Source: Haliotis rubra (taxonomy: Eukaryota). Taken from it: a DNA stretch of 64,000 bases. Each line of letters opens with the position of its first letter. Within the stretch, counting starts at the first letter, position 1. A program made the position numbers and the translations under genes. The stretch lies in assembly GCF_003918875.1 (NCBI RefSeq), contig NW_025766625.1, positions 1,240,001-1,304,000 on the forward strand. Direction: 5' to 3'. Positions 26,201 through 39,700 of this stretch are shown piece by piece. The notes beneath the pieces are model-generated. The model saw only the letters and a program-made list of their open reading frames with translations. It had not been told where the DNA came from and did not search any database.

Positions 26201-27607
26201 GGCATAGAAAAATCCTGCTCTGACGAGTTCTTCGGGTCTTTGGCTATGCCCTTCAGGCCACAGCTTGAAGGATTCAAGACGGCTAGCAGTCGAGCTGTAA
26301 TGAGGATGGACTGACCCGTCGAAGCTTAACACAGGTGCCGCTTCATCATTGTCTCTTGCTGAAAGTGCAGAGTGTTGAGTAGGAAATGGCCGTGGTACCT
26401 GATATGCATCTGTACAATTTCTGGTAGTGCCTGTTGCACCTTGAACGTCATCCTGACCCGCATTTCCTAACGGTTCTGATTCTTGTGTGCTTTGATGTGT
26501 TCTGTCAGTTGAAGGTTGAGATGACTTTAGAAGTTGAATAGGAACATTCTTGACATCTGTGCTATTTAAATGTTTACATGTTGGTGAACGATGAGTGTGA
26601 ACTACAAAAGGGTTATCACCTCGTTCCCAGTTTCTGTGTGTTAAACCACAACTGAAACATTTGGTTTCATCACCAGTTTTCGTGGCATAAAAGCCTGCCG
26701 CTGCCAGACGTAGATATGAAACATTCATGTTCACTCCGTGAAAAGACCTCAATCGCAACCCTTCATGCCTCATCTCTTCTTCTTCTGTCACTCTGTCTCC
26801 TGAAGCTCTTTCTGCAAAATAATCTCTGTGTGTAATGAATGGTAGAGCAAACTCAAGGACTTTCCACACTTTGTCGAGTATACTCTCATAAGCCAAAACC
26901 ATTTCAGACGGCATTGGTTGACTAGACTGACAAACATCCAAATCAAAAAACTTTTGCAAAATATGGCGAAGTTCATGTCTCCTTCCATCAATGTTTCCGT
27001 ATTGACGGAGAAGGTATTTTTTCGCAGTGTGTTTTCCTAGCGGCTTATGGCCAGTTTGCTTCTTTTCGAAATGTACTGAATTTATTTCAGTTAAACTTAT
27101 GTGATAATCCGCCTGTATCAAATAAGATGACAAGCACATAGGTATGAAAGCTAGTTGGTAATTCGATTTCAAAGCGCTTCGTAAGTACTCTTCGAAACGC
27201 CTCCGCGTGGAATCACTAAGTCCATTCCGTTCTTCAGCCAAGGCATTATATGTCCCTTTGTTGTCATGTTTCTGTGAGTATGTACTACTCTCTTGTCCCC
27301 CACTTGTTGATGCTGCATCGTGTTCAATGTCTTCACTCGTGTCATCCACAAAACTTGCTTTCCTTTCGTTTATCATGTTTGTCTTGAAAATAAAGGGGCA
27401 CTTTTTTTGACAGAGTAAATGAATAGAAAGGGGAGCATCAACCTGTGATATAATATACCAACAAGGCGTTTGTATTTTATCTTCACTTTGCTCAGATAGT
27501 GAGTTCACCCTTGATTTTCTTTCATTCCGTATTTCCGAGGCGATGATATCTTTTCCCATGACGCGGGATGATTTACATTCATCTGGTCGCACTGTTTTCA
27601 CCAACTG
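23273..27607 (-). CDS. IAP-2: BIR-BIR-UBA-RING inhibitor of apoptosis (BIRC2/3/7-like), 6 coding exons
   Basis: Exons with GT-AG borders: 27607-26200 (N-extension, BIR1 [13 protein letters not shown], first half of BIR2 to FYAG); 25637-25451 ([28 protein letters not shown]); 25284-25224; 24664-24569 (UBA, AVEMGFS); 24484-23879 (linker); 23511-23273 ([40 protein letters not shown]). The exon ending at 25451 is 1 nt short of the phase needed (A4 run). Confidence 0.93.
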
Positions 27608-28032
27608 CTGTAAAAAGGAAGAACGTGTTATATCAAACAACATTCAACTCAGTTTCCTTCAGACCCATGAAATGAAATAGCACATAACTAAGCGAAAATG
27701 AAAACCGAACAACGTCACGGCAAGGTCACGGGGCTATGAATCAAGAAAAAGTAATATACGTAACACGATACGTATCACTTTAAATGCATTGGTTGTCATG
27801 TGAAAGTGTGAGAGTCAAATACAATGGCAGCCCCAATAACTAAAATACCTTCATATGCTGTTCCATACTCCAACATGCTCAATGCGCATGAACAGAGATG
27901 TAACAGAGACATAAATGCAATATACATGTAATTGCCATCATGCCGTGTATGTACTCACTCAAATACATAGACAGGATCGACAAGATATATAGTCCACGAT
28001 CATTCGGGCAAGAATTATTCTTGTTTTTCTCA

Positions 28033-28197
28033 GTGGCCTAGCCTATTACTAGTGGTTAAAGCGCTCGCTCGTCAAGCCAAAAAACCCGGGTTCGATTCCC
28101 AACATGGGTACAATGTGTGAAGCCCATTCCTTGTGTCCCCCGCAGCGATATTGCTGGAATATTGCTAAAAGCGGCGTAAAGCCAAACTCACTCACTC
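28033..28197 (+). mobile_element. SINE-A
   Basis: tagtggttaaagcg..ccgggttcgattccc..aatattgctaaaagcggcgtaaa..(actc)n. Confidence 0.88.
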
Positions 28198-28887
28198 TAA
28201 GCTGGGTTTGTTTAATTTATAGCTGATTATCCCAGATGTGTAAATTGATGCTCATGATGTTAATCACTGGATTGTCAAGTCAACTATTGTTTTACGCCAC
28301 ATCAGCACTTCTCTAGCTATTCGCAGCGAGTAGCAGTTACTAAGACGCCCATCAGAGAACACTCGTAAAGGAATGAGCATATAAAATATATACTCGTGGA
28401 AATGTAAAAGGACAACATGTAAGTACAAGTGTTCCTTTGTTTATTTCCAGAATTTCACCCACACTACAATACAAAGCATGCGAAGAAGCCTGGAAAAGAG
28501 TGCAGAAACACTTGCACTTTCTTGTGTTCCCCTTATTCGTTTCCATGAGTATATGTCATACATCACAAAGTGGAAGAATATTTTGTCTAAAGTGTTTTTG
28601 TCATAAAGTTGAATTTTGTTAAAAAATGATAAAATCGTATGGCAATGAGTTTGAATATAAGGATATGAGTCCAAGTGAAACTGTACCATCATTTGTAACC
28701 ACAATAGCTGATACTTTCTCCCCTGCTTTAGAGACATCGATGAGACCAACAATTCAAAATGAGGGAATGCAGGTCAGAGAAAGGGGTTAAAATGACGGTT
28801 CAGTAACGCGGGAGAGAGGCATTACGTTCATCGTATGATCGTAGCTATGTCAACAAAGAATAGAGACATGAACACTGGTATAATCGA

Positions 28888-30142
28888 TGAAAGGTTTCAC
28901 CGCCACTGGTCTATCCGTTTATAGGAAGACGGTGACAACGTGAAAGGTTTCACCGCCACTGGTCTATCCGTTTAAAGGAAGACGGTGACAACGTGAAAGG
29001 TTTCACCGCCACTGGTCTATCCGTTTATAGGAAGACGATGACAACGTGAAAGGTTTCACCGCCACTGGTCTATCCGTTATAGGAAGACGGTGACAACGTG
29101 AAAGGTTTCACCGCCACTGGTCTATCCGTTTATAGGAAGACGATGACAACGTGAAAGGTTTCACCGTCACTGGTCTATCCGTTTGAAGGAAGACGGTGAC
29201 AACGTGAAAGGTTTCACCGCCACTGGTCTATCCGTTTAAGGAAGACGGTGACAACGTGAAAGGTTTCACCGCCACTGGTCTATCCGTTTAAAGGAAGACG
29301 ATGACAACGTGAAAGGTTTCACCGCCACTGGTCTATCCGTTTAAAGGAAGACGATAACAACGTGAAAGGTTTCACCGCCACTGCTTTATCCGTTTAAAGG
29401 AAGACGATGACAACGTGAAAGGTTTCACCGCCACTGGTCTATCCGTTTAAAGGAAGACGATGACAACGTGAAAGGTTTCACCGCCACTGGTCTATCCGTT
29501 TAAAGGAAGACGATGACAACGTGAAAGGCTTCACCGCCACTGCTCTATCCGTTTAAAGGAAGACGATGACAACGCGAAAGGTTTCACCGCCACTTGTCTA
29601 TCCGCTTTAAAGGAAGACGATGACAACGTGAAAGGCTTCACGCCACTGGTCTATCCGCTTAAAGGAAGACGATGACAACGTGAAAGGTTTCACCGCCACT
29701 GGTCTATCCGCTTAAAGGAAGACGATGACAACGAAAGGTTTCACCGTCACTGGTCTATCCGCTTAAAGGAAGACGATGACAACGTGAAAGGTTTCACCGT
29801 AACTGGTCTATCCGTTTAAAGGAAGACGATGACAACGTGAAAGGCTTCACCGCCACTGCTCTATCCGTTTAAAGGTAGACGATGACAACGTGAAAGGTTT
29901 CACCGCCACTGGTCTATCCGTTTATAGGAAGACGGTGACAACGTGAAAGGTTTCACCGCCACTGGTCTATCCGTTTATAGGAAGACGGTGACAACGTGAA
30001 AGGTTTCACCGCCACTGGTCTATCCGTTTAAAGGAAGACGATGACAACGTGAAAGGCTTCACCGCCACTGCTCTATCCGTTTATAGGAAGACGATGACAA
30101 CGTGAAAGGCTTCACCGCCACTGCTCTATCCGTTTGAAGGAA
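28888..30142. repeat. 53-bp minisatellite, ~23-24 copies
   Basis: Unit gaaaggtttcaccgccactggtctatccgtttaaaggaagacgatgacaacgt, head-to-tail, no unique spacers. Confidence 0.97.
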
Positions 30143-32179
30143 GAAGAAGACGGGTTGCTTACAGTGGATGGACGATAGCAAAGATGTTTATTATGATTAT
30201 AACACATTAAATTCTCTTCACGCTCTTCAGCTATATATTTCATCTCATGTACATGTACATGTTTCCCTATCTTTAACGTAAGCCTTCAACAAACGCCGTC
30301 AAATTTCACTTTCTAAATAAATAATTGTAACACTTTAATGCACCGAGTTCATTAAGTAATATAAGCACAACGCCATATTTTATTTTACTACATACAACAG
30401 AGCAAGGTGATAAGTGAACGAACGATAAAACATTGTGCTAATGTAACGTGTGAAAGCTGGGAGATAACGACAGAAATAGCTGGCTTACTTAACATGTGTG
30501 GTGACATGACAAGAGTTCCAAGAGCCTCACGCTGTTTGATATACCATAGCATGATTATAATTTATTGCTTAGTAGTGTCACAACCCAATTCCTAAGGTGG
30601 GTAGGTGTCTTAACTTGAAGTAGACATTTGTTATTACAGTGAAAATCTATTGATGTTTGGGGGCTGACTGTGCATGTTGTTTTAAGGGATTAACTGTCTG
30701 GGTTATACTAAATTCTGAACTACCTAACGAAATAGGTGACATGAACTCACCCCGTTTTCACGGTAAAAAACTGGCAAGTTTACATAGAGTGGGTAATAAG
30801 CGCAGAGTTGCAGCACTGGCTTCAAGGGACTTAAATTGCAACTCGTCTGGTATGTATGTACACAGAAGTATCACTCTCCTACCCAGAGTTCCATGCGGCA
30901 AGCCAGCATAGTATATCTGCCACAGGCCAGAAAAATGTGACGATTCGTCACATCTTGCAATGTCCATTCAATATATTGTACAGATTACTTTAACTGTTTT
31001 ATTTTTGACGAGTCTGAACATCTAACTATTCATCTTTAATAGAATGGTTTAGTTCCACAGAGAAAATATCCTAAAACATGTAACACTATTTCGATTTGCG
31101 TAGCGATCCTTTGTTTACATAGGTTGTACGGCTCCACGTGCTGTCATCGAAGCTGATGGAGAGCAAGCGATGCAGCCAGTTTGATATCTAAATATGTACT
31201 GTCATAGACCTTACACTCGCAGTTGTGGAAGAATATATATGTAACAATGTAAAACATTATGAAGAGAGCGCCGAAAAGCTTTCGTGAGTCCAGTCTCTTC
31301 TTATTATGAATATGCGCGTTTGATTACAAACAAGAGAAAAGTCCGGTCAAGTGATGTGCAATTTAGCCTGTGGCAGTGATGTTATGTTAAGTCATCGCTG
31401 TGCCCGAGTGTACAGACGCATGTGAACAGTGCAGGCGAAGGGAGGTAACTCGTTTATAATAATGTTAATTCGTGTAAATCTAACATTCAATTCTTGAATA
31501 AATGGAACAGCAGTCAGACACATACGGATGCCGTAGTGATGATATCAAAAAGATCGTTTGAATCATAAGAAGTCATTATGATTTTACACGGAGAATAGGA
31601 ATAAATGTCCAATATGTCAAGCACAGGCCTGTATCCAGATGATGAAAGTATGGTACAGTATTGAAGAATGATCAAACGTGACTTCTGGACTGCTTTACAT
31701 TGTGTGTCGTGCCACGATTACCTAGGACTTGGCGATTCATGATTCTTATCGTTAATGTATCTTTAAACAACAGGTTTAAATCTTACCACAAACGGTATGC
31801 CTCGTTCAAGTTCAAAATGGCGTTTGTTTCAAAGCGAAAATAGGATCGACGTGTGTTGTGCCCTTAAACCTGAGTGGGCGGAGCTTATGTCACTACGTCA
31901 CAAACACGGAACAGTATCTTCCGCGAGACTAGTGGAGGGAGTTGACCAACGCTTCTTCCTCTGTGTTTATTTTTTTGACTTGCTTGGCAGAGGTACCACT
32001 GTATATGACCAACCCACGCAACAAGAAATTAACGACGGGTTTATTAGTCAACCATTGAGGGAATTACATAGTGTACCATAGAATATTTAAGGACAATCTG
32101 GTGATCGGAAAATCCTGTTGAATACATTACCCGAGAATATGTTTAAGATGCACCACGGTATTGTCAACGATATTACCAT

Positions 32180-32347
32180 AGTGAGTGAGTGAGTAAGTTT
32201 TGTTTTACGCCGCTTTTAGCAATATTCCAGCAATATCACGGCGGGGAACACCAGAAATGGGCTTCACACATTGCAGCCATGTGGGGAATTGAACCCGGGT
32301 CTTCAGCGTGTCGAGCGAACGCTTTAACCACTAGGCTATCACCCCCG
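32180..32347 (-). mobile_element. SINE-A
   Basis: Reverse complement of the SINE-A consensus with (gagt)n tail. Confidence 0.9.
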
Positions 32348-33733
32348 TAATATCATAGTGCTTGAGATACATTGCTACAATGCTTCATAATATGTACAGG
32401 ATATATACATAAAGAATAATTTATATTAAATGTAGTCACATAACAGTGCAAGACATAGCAATGTTTATTTTAATATGAAGAAATAAAATAACAATTTGTT
32501 TTAATTGTCAATGTAACCGATTATGTCAACTGATAGCTGTGCACTGCACTATTTATATATTCATTCACATTGTTTTATATTAAGTTGCTAGTATGGCATG
32601 TGTATGAATCTTGGTGAGGAGATACACATGTCGGTGCATGTTCCGTTGTTTAAGTTTACCCCTCTGTCACTATGTGAGGGGATTGCATTTTTCTATAGAA
32701 TATTCTGATGCAAATAGTTTGATACGGACTTTCAAGTTTATATGGCGTCATTCCATCCGAAACATAAACGTTTGTGCAAATGAACTTTATATTAAGAATA
32801 TAATCTGTATTAATGGTTCCCCAAGAAGTGTCACAGCCTCTCTAATACTGTTCATTGTATTTCAGTGTATATAGATTTGATATAGAAAATATTTTTAAAA
32901 GCTATTTATTTTTCATGACACGGATAAAACGCACGCACAATAATATGAGAGCCCCAAACCACAGGAATCATCAGATTTCATTTAGTCATTTTAGATATGA
33001 ATTTGTTTTGCTTTAATTCTCTGTCGTATTCTAAACTGAAACAATCGTAATTTGTGATTTTTGTAACTTTTAAAGCAGGTAAATGTCATTCCGTCCTGAG
33101 GTAGTAAAATGGGTCCCTATACACCATTTAGAGTTCTTCACATGTTGGCTTGCTGGGGACCTGTTTTCTCAAAACCTATCGAAGTTACATAAATGGAAGG
33201 CTGCATGCCTATTCAAAGTGGCGCCTTAAATGAATAAATTTCAGGGTCATCTCCCATGCTACATGTTTTTTCTTGTTATCGTGAGCGTACAGTGTTACAG
33301 CTAGAGAGTCTGAATGATGTTCTGGAAAGGTTTTCTCAGAAACTTCGAAAGTTTCAGGAAGTTTCTGAGTTTGAAAAGTGATGTCATAAATTACTGTTTT
33401 CCATTATGATACAAAGTGCCTCTTATGTGTATTTATTTTACATTTAATCGTTTTGCTGATGATGTCCAGCTTTCGTTATGCATGTCTTCTCTTATCTGGT
33501 ATCATTTACTTCTTTGCTACTCTTTGCTATATGAAGAAACACAATTCTAATCGGGCTGTGGCAAGGGTTTCAGATAACGTTGTTGTCTCGCTACAATATA
33601 ATATGCACATGTCTTCTGCCAAGATATCTATTTACACATTGTTCACATATTTTCTGGAGAATGCTAAAGGATGAAATCGATGTTTTGAATCAAGTTCAGC
33701 AAAACCTGTTCTTCTTTACAGTATTCCATGTAT

Positions 33734-36700
33734 TTATAAGTGGTCTATATGTTTCTCTCGAGAAATCATATGAACACGGATAGTTCCCCGGATGTGTTTC
33801 CTGCAGATTGGGCAAAGTTCTAGAGCTGGTGAGCACACGGCACAGGCCACCAGGTGTCCACAGGGGAGGAAGACGATGTTGGCGGGCTCCTCAAAACATA
33901 TCTTACACGCACTTGACTCTTTTAGTTGCCGTGTCTCTTCTGCGGTAGCCTTCCGGTCTCCCTTGCCCTTGCCTGTAAGCAATACAATGCAGGCATTAAA
34001 CCTTAATAGAAAATATGTATTGACCAAATATTACCAATGTTATGATCAATGCGTTTTATGTCAGATAATCATTGTCATCGCATTGGTGTATCACCATAAG
34101 GTACCGTCATTACCACATCATTACCTTTCTTATTGTCAGTTTTCTGTATTTTATCAATTTCCTTGATTTCATGTCGGTTGGTAGGAAAACTTGAGAATCT
34201 ATTCACAGGTGCGTTTGATTCCTTCGGTCTTCCTCTCTCTTCAGGGCCCTCTGCTCCTGGTGATGGTTGAGCTGCAATTTCCAGATTGTAATTGATGTTT
34301 GTGCTGGGATGTCCAGTATGAATATTTCCCGATGTTTGCTGTGCTGGAGGCAGTCTAACATGGTTCTCTACAGGCAAAGATTTGTATCCACTATCTGTGC
34401 TAACTGGTGGAGATCTGAGCAGGTGTGCCTGCCTTGTTGTATTGTTCTTTTCACCTGACGATCTGCTATCCGTATTTCCCATTCTACTTGACATCACCTT
34501 CCCCGCCTGTCCATTTTGTTCCTGGGAGTTCCCACCGGAGTATCCACCTTGAGCACCTTCTGCTTCATCTGGGCTTCCAACAACTAGTATCCTCTCAATA
34601 AGACCGGGTAGTGTTAATGCCTGTCTCCCTGGAACATATAGCATAAACTTTGGTTATAATAACTAGTACAAACATTTCAACCTAAGATGTAAATATTCCG
34701 ACAAAGCCAGGTGATAAATATTATACTGTTCAAAAATGTTCTTTTACATAGGTAAGTAAAGCAACAGTGTTTAAGGCTACAAAGATACCTCGGTAGACTG
34801 GATGGAGGAGCATAAAGCAAAGGGTAATTGAGAAGATCTGTGTGAAAGTGAACCAGTACCATTTAAACGTCAATGTTCGAACGACGTTTCAAGCATATCA
34901 CCAAAATGCATGTCTTAAGAACTGCACGTGCAGTTGTGCTTTCTTCACTTATCCATGCTGGGTGGCTATAAAATACCATGAATCGAATCCATGTGACAGA
35001 TCGAATTGTGACAGTGTATGGTGTTAAACATGGTGAGGATGTCGGAAGCACAAGGTCAAAATGCTACTGGCCGCCTGGAAGCAGGAGCGACACAACAAGA
35101 TGTTGCCAACAACTTTGGTGTTTCCAGACAAACCATCTCCAACCTGTAACGCTATTCGACGTCTTACTGCTTCTAAGTGCTTCTATGGGTAAAGCATTGA
35201 TTCTGGCTCGCAATGGCCACGCACGGTGCTAACCCCCTCCTCCTTCTGAGACTTGTGAACCGTGGACATTTTGAAAGACCGTCAATCTTTTCATTCAGTT
35301 GTAAGCGTGAATATCTAACTTTTCATTGTACTGACATACATCAATCTGTGCATGAGTATTGTTATTATTATGTTCATTTTAACCCCGATGTAAAATTACA
35401 TAACAGTATATATAAGATAATGGCATCTAAGATAGAGATTCGCACGGTGTTTCACGTCTTGTCAACTTACCTGCACTGGCAATGGTAGACTGAGCTGCCA
35501 ACATCACTTGTCCTCTGCTGAAACCCATCTCTAGGGCTCTCTCACACGCACTAGTTCTCAAGATGTCTGCAAAAGAATGTTCAACTAGTTGATGACGACA
35601 GAACCAATTGGCGTCGGTGCCCAATAATTAAAACATTGTATACATTGTTATAGAGACCGTTACCTCAACAGTGAGTGAGTGAGGTATACGCCTCTTTTAG
35701 CAATACACCAGCAATATCACGGCGGGGGACACCAGAAATGGACTTCACACATTGTACCCATATGTGGAATCGAGCCAGGGCCTTCGGCATAACGATTGAA
35801 CTCTCTAACCACTAGGTTACCCCACCGCCCTCGCCAGTTAATAGATATAGGTTGCATGGTGACATTTACTCTTCAAAAAAGAAACTTGACATTTAAGAAA
35901 TTTGAATTTTAAGAAAATATTTGACACAAACCAATCCATACTGAATCCCAACATGGTTAGCCGACGACAAAACGTTTGAAAAAAGAAACGTTGAACAAAA
36001 ACGTAACGTTACACTCACGTCTGTAGTGAATCGCTAAAACGCACCCTACATGAAATGCACGTGCATCATGGAATTGTGTGTCACCCTGCGCTGAAGCCTA
36101 TGACTGTAGGCTTTAAAGACCCACATCAATGGTTCTCCACATGCATTGCTTTAAGCCACTTTAGACGACAAGAGAATGAAAAGACTGACAGAAGCTCAAC
36201 GACACAACGCCATCGGCCGTTTGCAAGGACGGGCATCGCAGCATGAGGTGGCAAGGCACTTCAGCGTCTCCACACAGACCATCTCAAACCTATGGACCCG
36301 ATACAACAATACTGAGTGTGTTAATGACAGACCCAGGTCAGGTCGACCTGGAGTTACCACCGCCGCCCAGGATTGCTACATCTGGTTGAGACATCGTCGT
36401 TCAAACACCACGGCCGCATCATCCACAACAATCCAAATCCCCAGACTGCGCTGAATCTCCGACACTACTACTACTACTGAACCATATCGTTATACAGGCA
36501 TGATTGTACTATCAAAACATTTACAAGCAACTATAAAGGAAATATGCTTATTCTTACGAAATAATCTATACATGGAGAAAATTACTTTACTATCTTTGAG
36601 GGAGATAGTTTGACATGCTTTTGGCCACTTCAATGATGATGAGAACAGAACACCAAGGTAGCTATAATAGGTTACAGTTTTAACATCTTGACCTCTTGAT

Positions 36701-39700
36701 GTCAACATCGGAAGACTCGGGAACACAGACTGGTAAGTTCGTCCAATAAACAACTGTCGAATAATCGGTTTTATCGGTTCAGTTATATTGTTAATGTGCC
36801 AAATCATTTTAGATGTTTTCAATATATTTAAATATAATTCTTAGATGTGACTCTGGTGAGTGCATCCCGATGCCAACTGGTCTTGAAAGTAAGTGTTGTA
36901 CTAGTGTAGCGCTCGGTCTTTGGCAATATGGCGGACTTTAGACACATTTGACGTCACGAGCGGAAAGGACACGTGAGTTCCAGCGGAATATGCATAATGG
37001 CCGAAGCTCAGATAACAGAAACTGTTTTCGCGATTAAAACATATATATACATATTTTTAATTGAAAATTTTGGTATATGTTTCTGATGACTTTATCTTTC
37101 ACCCAGCAAATTATTGCCATTCTCTCGTATTCTCCTTTAAGCATCTATGGGATACTCTTGATCGACGCTTGCGTCAGCGTAATCCGCCACCTCAGACACT
37201 ACAAGAACTGCACACAGCACTTCAGAAAAAGTATCAAAACATTCCTCAAGACAGCATTCGGCATCTCCTTTCTTCTGTGGGTCACCGCTGCCAAGCTGTT
37301 ATCGATGATCATGGTGGTCACACCAGATACTGACATTTCACTCTGACCAAGAGGCTTTAATAGCCCTCTGTGGTTTTACCAAATACTTTCTCGATAATCA
37401 TGTTTTGGAAATTTGTAAAAGGATGGTTTTACTGTAATTGAGCAATGATGTCAGGTTTGAATGAGTTATATGCATTTAGTAAGTAAACTCCAAAACAGCA
37501 TGTCAAGTTTCTTTTTTTGAAGAGTATATTTGTAAGAATGCAACATATACCTGCTTTAGTTCTTTTATTGTGAATGTGGAAGTTATGTGAGAAACAGCGT
37601 GATATGTTTCAGCTTAAATCAAAGCATCACTGAAATCACTACAAACCAGTGACCCCTGTCACAGGTAATGTTAGTTCAGCTTCCACTGTTCAAAGTAGTA
37701 TAAAGATGGTAGACAAGTGTTACAGTTTCATACTACAAAATACGAGTGTGTTCGTTTAACAGACGTTTTAAGATACCAAAACAATCATGATGCTGTTTTG
37801 ACGGTAGAATATAGAAAAACCTAAGCTAAGGTTAATTAAGGCAATGGCAATCTGAAAAGTACGCCACACTTAGCGGTTTCTGCTTTCAAAACTCATATTT
37901 TAGAATTTTGAACAGCAACCAAACGTTAAAAGCAAGAATAATGTATGCGAAGGCCTTGAAAATGTGTCACATTTTAAGCTCAAAGCAACCAATAACGCTC
38001 CTACGCTCAGGCCCTAACACGACCGATTGTGGTATAACGAAACCACTCCCTAATGATGGTGGTTTGTGTACATACCTTCCTTTGAAGTATCATGGTTGTG
38101 TCTGTCATTGGATGAACGTTGCTGAATTCCACCAGTCTTGAGAAGAAAGTGCAAAGAAGTAATACTTAGAATGATGAAATCATACTAAAGCTGTATATAA
38201 GACAAGAGAGTGCACATTTCAATATCCCTATATATGTCACAGTAGAATCCGTACATTCAGTGCTCATGCTGTTGATCACTGGATTGTCTGGTCCAGACTC
38301 GATTATGAACAGACCGCCGTCATTTTTCTGGAATATTTCTGAGTGCGGCGTAACTCTAAACCCACTCACTCAATCATTCCTTACATTCTGCTCTGGTGTA
38401 TGTGTGGCCCGCCCAATGGCTGCCAGCGTCTGGATGATGAAGTTCTTGCCTCTTGCGGCTTCCACGTAGGCACAAGATGACCTCCAGCGGATGTGCTCCA
38501 TCCAGGGGTCATCACCCTCCTCCCATGTTCTCAGACCAAGACCGCACACAAAACAGCGCACACAGTCGGAATAACCTGTCATAATATTTATGCATATTTA
38601 TAAGGGCATTTACAACCAAACATATTTCTTTGTTGCCCACAATTGGCAGGTGGATGGTGAAAGTAAATATATATCAACAGGTACATCTATCATTCAATCA
38701 ATGGCCATTACATTAACATATTAATCGTCAGTCTTCATAGGACATACCAGCAGATGGGTATTCAGATTGTAAAACCGATCAATCGTGAGGCCAAAGGCTG
38801 GGGTTCGATCCCCATATACTGGCAAACAAGGACAAGATGGACCAACGCAGAGAACGCGTTTTAGAGAAGTTGTTGGTGCACGGCAATGAGCAAACCCATT
38901 TGGTTTCTGAAAGGTAGAGCAGATGTAGGCTAGTGCACGTGAAGTGCATGACGATGAAATTGATTCCGCGCGTAGGAGTTTGCTGAGACAGGCCACGCGC
39001 TTCACCCATCGCACTACACTTGATCGCGGACAACATGGGGTCCCTTCGCTCACAATGGCACAGCGCCAGTGGGCGGCACTCATACATGCTAATATGGGTC
39101 AATTGTCAGGTCGGTGCTCGGGAATAATGGTCAAAGACGTCATGCAACTCCTCACATACCTGCATAGAAAAATCCTGCACGGACAAGCTCTTCAGGACTG
39201 TGGGTGTGTCCCTCGGGCCACAAGTGGAAAGACTCCAGACGGTGTCCAGAGTTACTGTAGTGAGGGTGTACTGCATCTTCAAACCTCAACCTTGATGTTG
39301 GTGATGATGGCAACGCACTATCACTGTAGCGAGCTGACTGCCTAGGAGGCATTTCATCGACAATCTGATTATAACTTTCTCCTGCGTTACTCATTGCAAC
39401 ACCGACTGCTCCTTGGATTTGGGTAGCGCTTTCTGACTCACTCGCCACAGGAGTGCTACCATGGCCTTCTCTTGGTGGAGTAACTGTTGCACCTTCTGAT
39501 GGAAGCTGAATGGGGACATTCCTTTCATCTGTTCCAATTGCATGGATGCAATTAGGGGAAATGCGACTATGAATAACAAATGGGTTGTCCCTCATTTCCC
39601 AGTTCCTGTATGTCACACCACAGCTGAAGCATCTAGTCTCATCTTCATCTCCTGTAGCGTAGAACCTGCTGCCGCCAGACGGAGAGATGAAGTTTCCACG

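Noticed and set aside
28888-30142. CRISPR-like array (also considered for 17595-18020 and 60685-62985)
   Set aside because: Head-to-tail units with no unique spacers, no cas genes, eukaryotic context.
38780-39110. GC-richer intronic segment with a B-box-like ggttcgatccc and ORF 38944-39345
   Set aside because: Probably an unidentified repeat remnant; no ends, TSD or protein motif could be supported.
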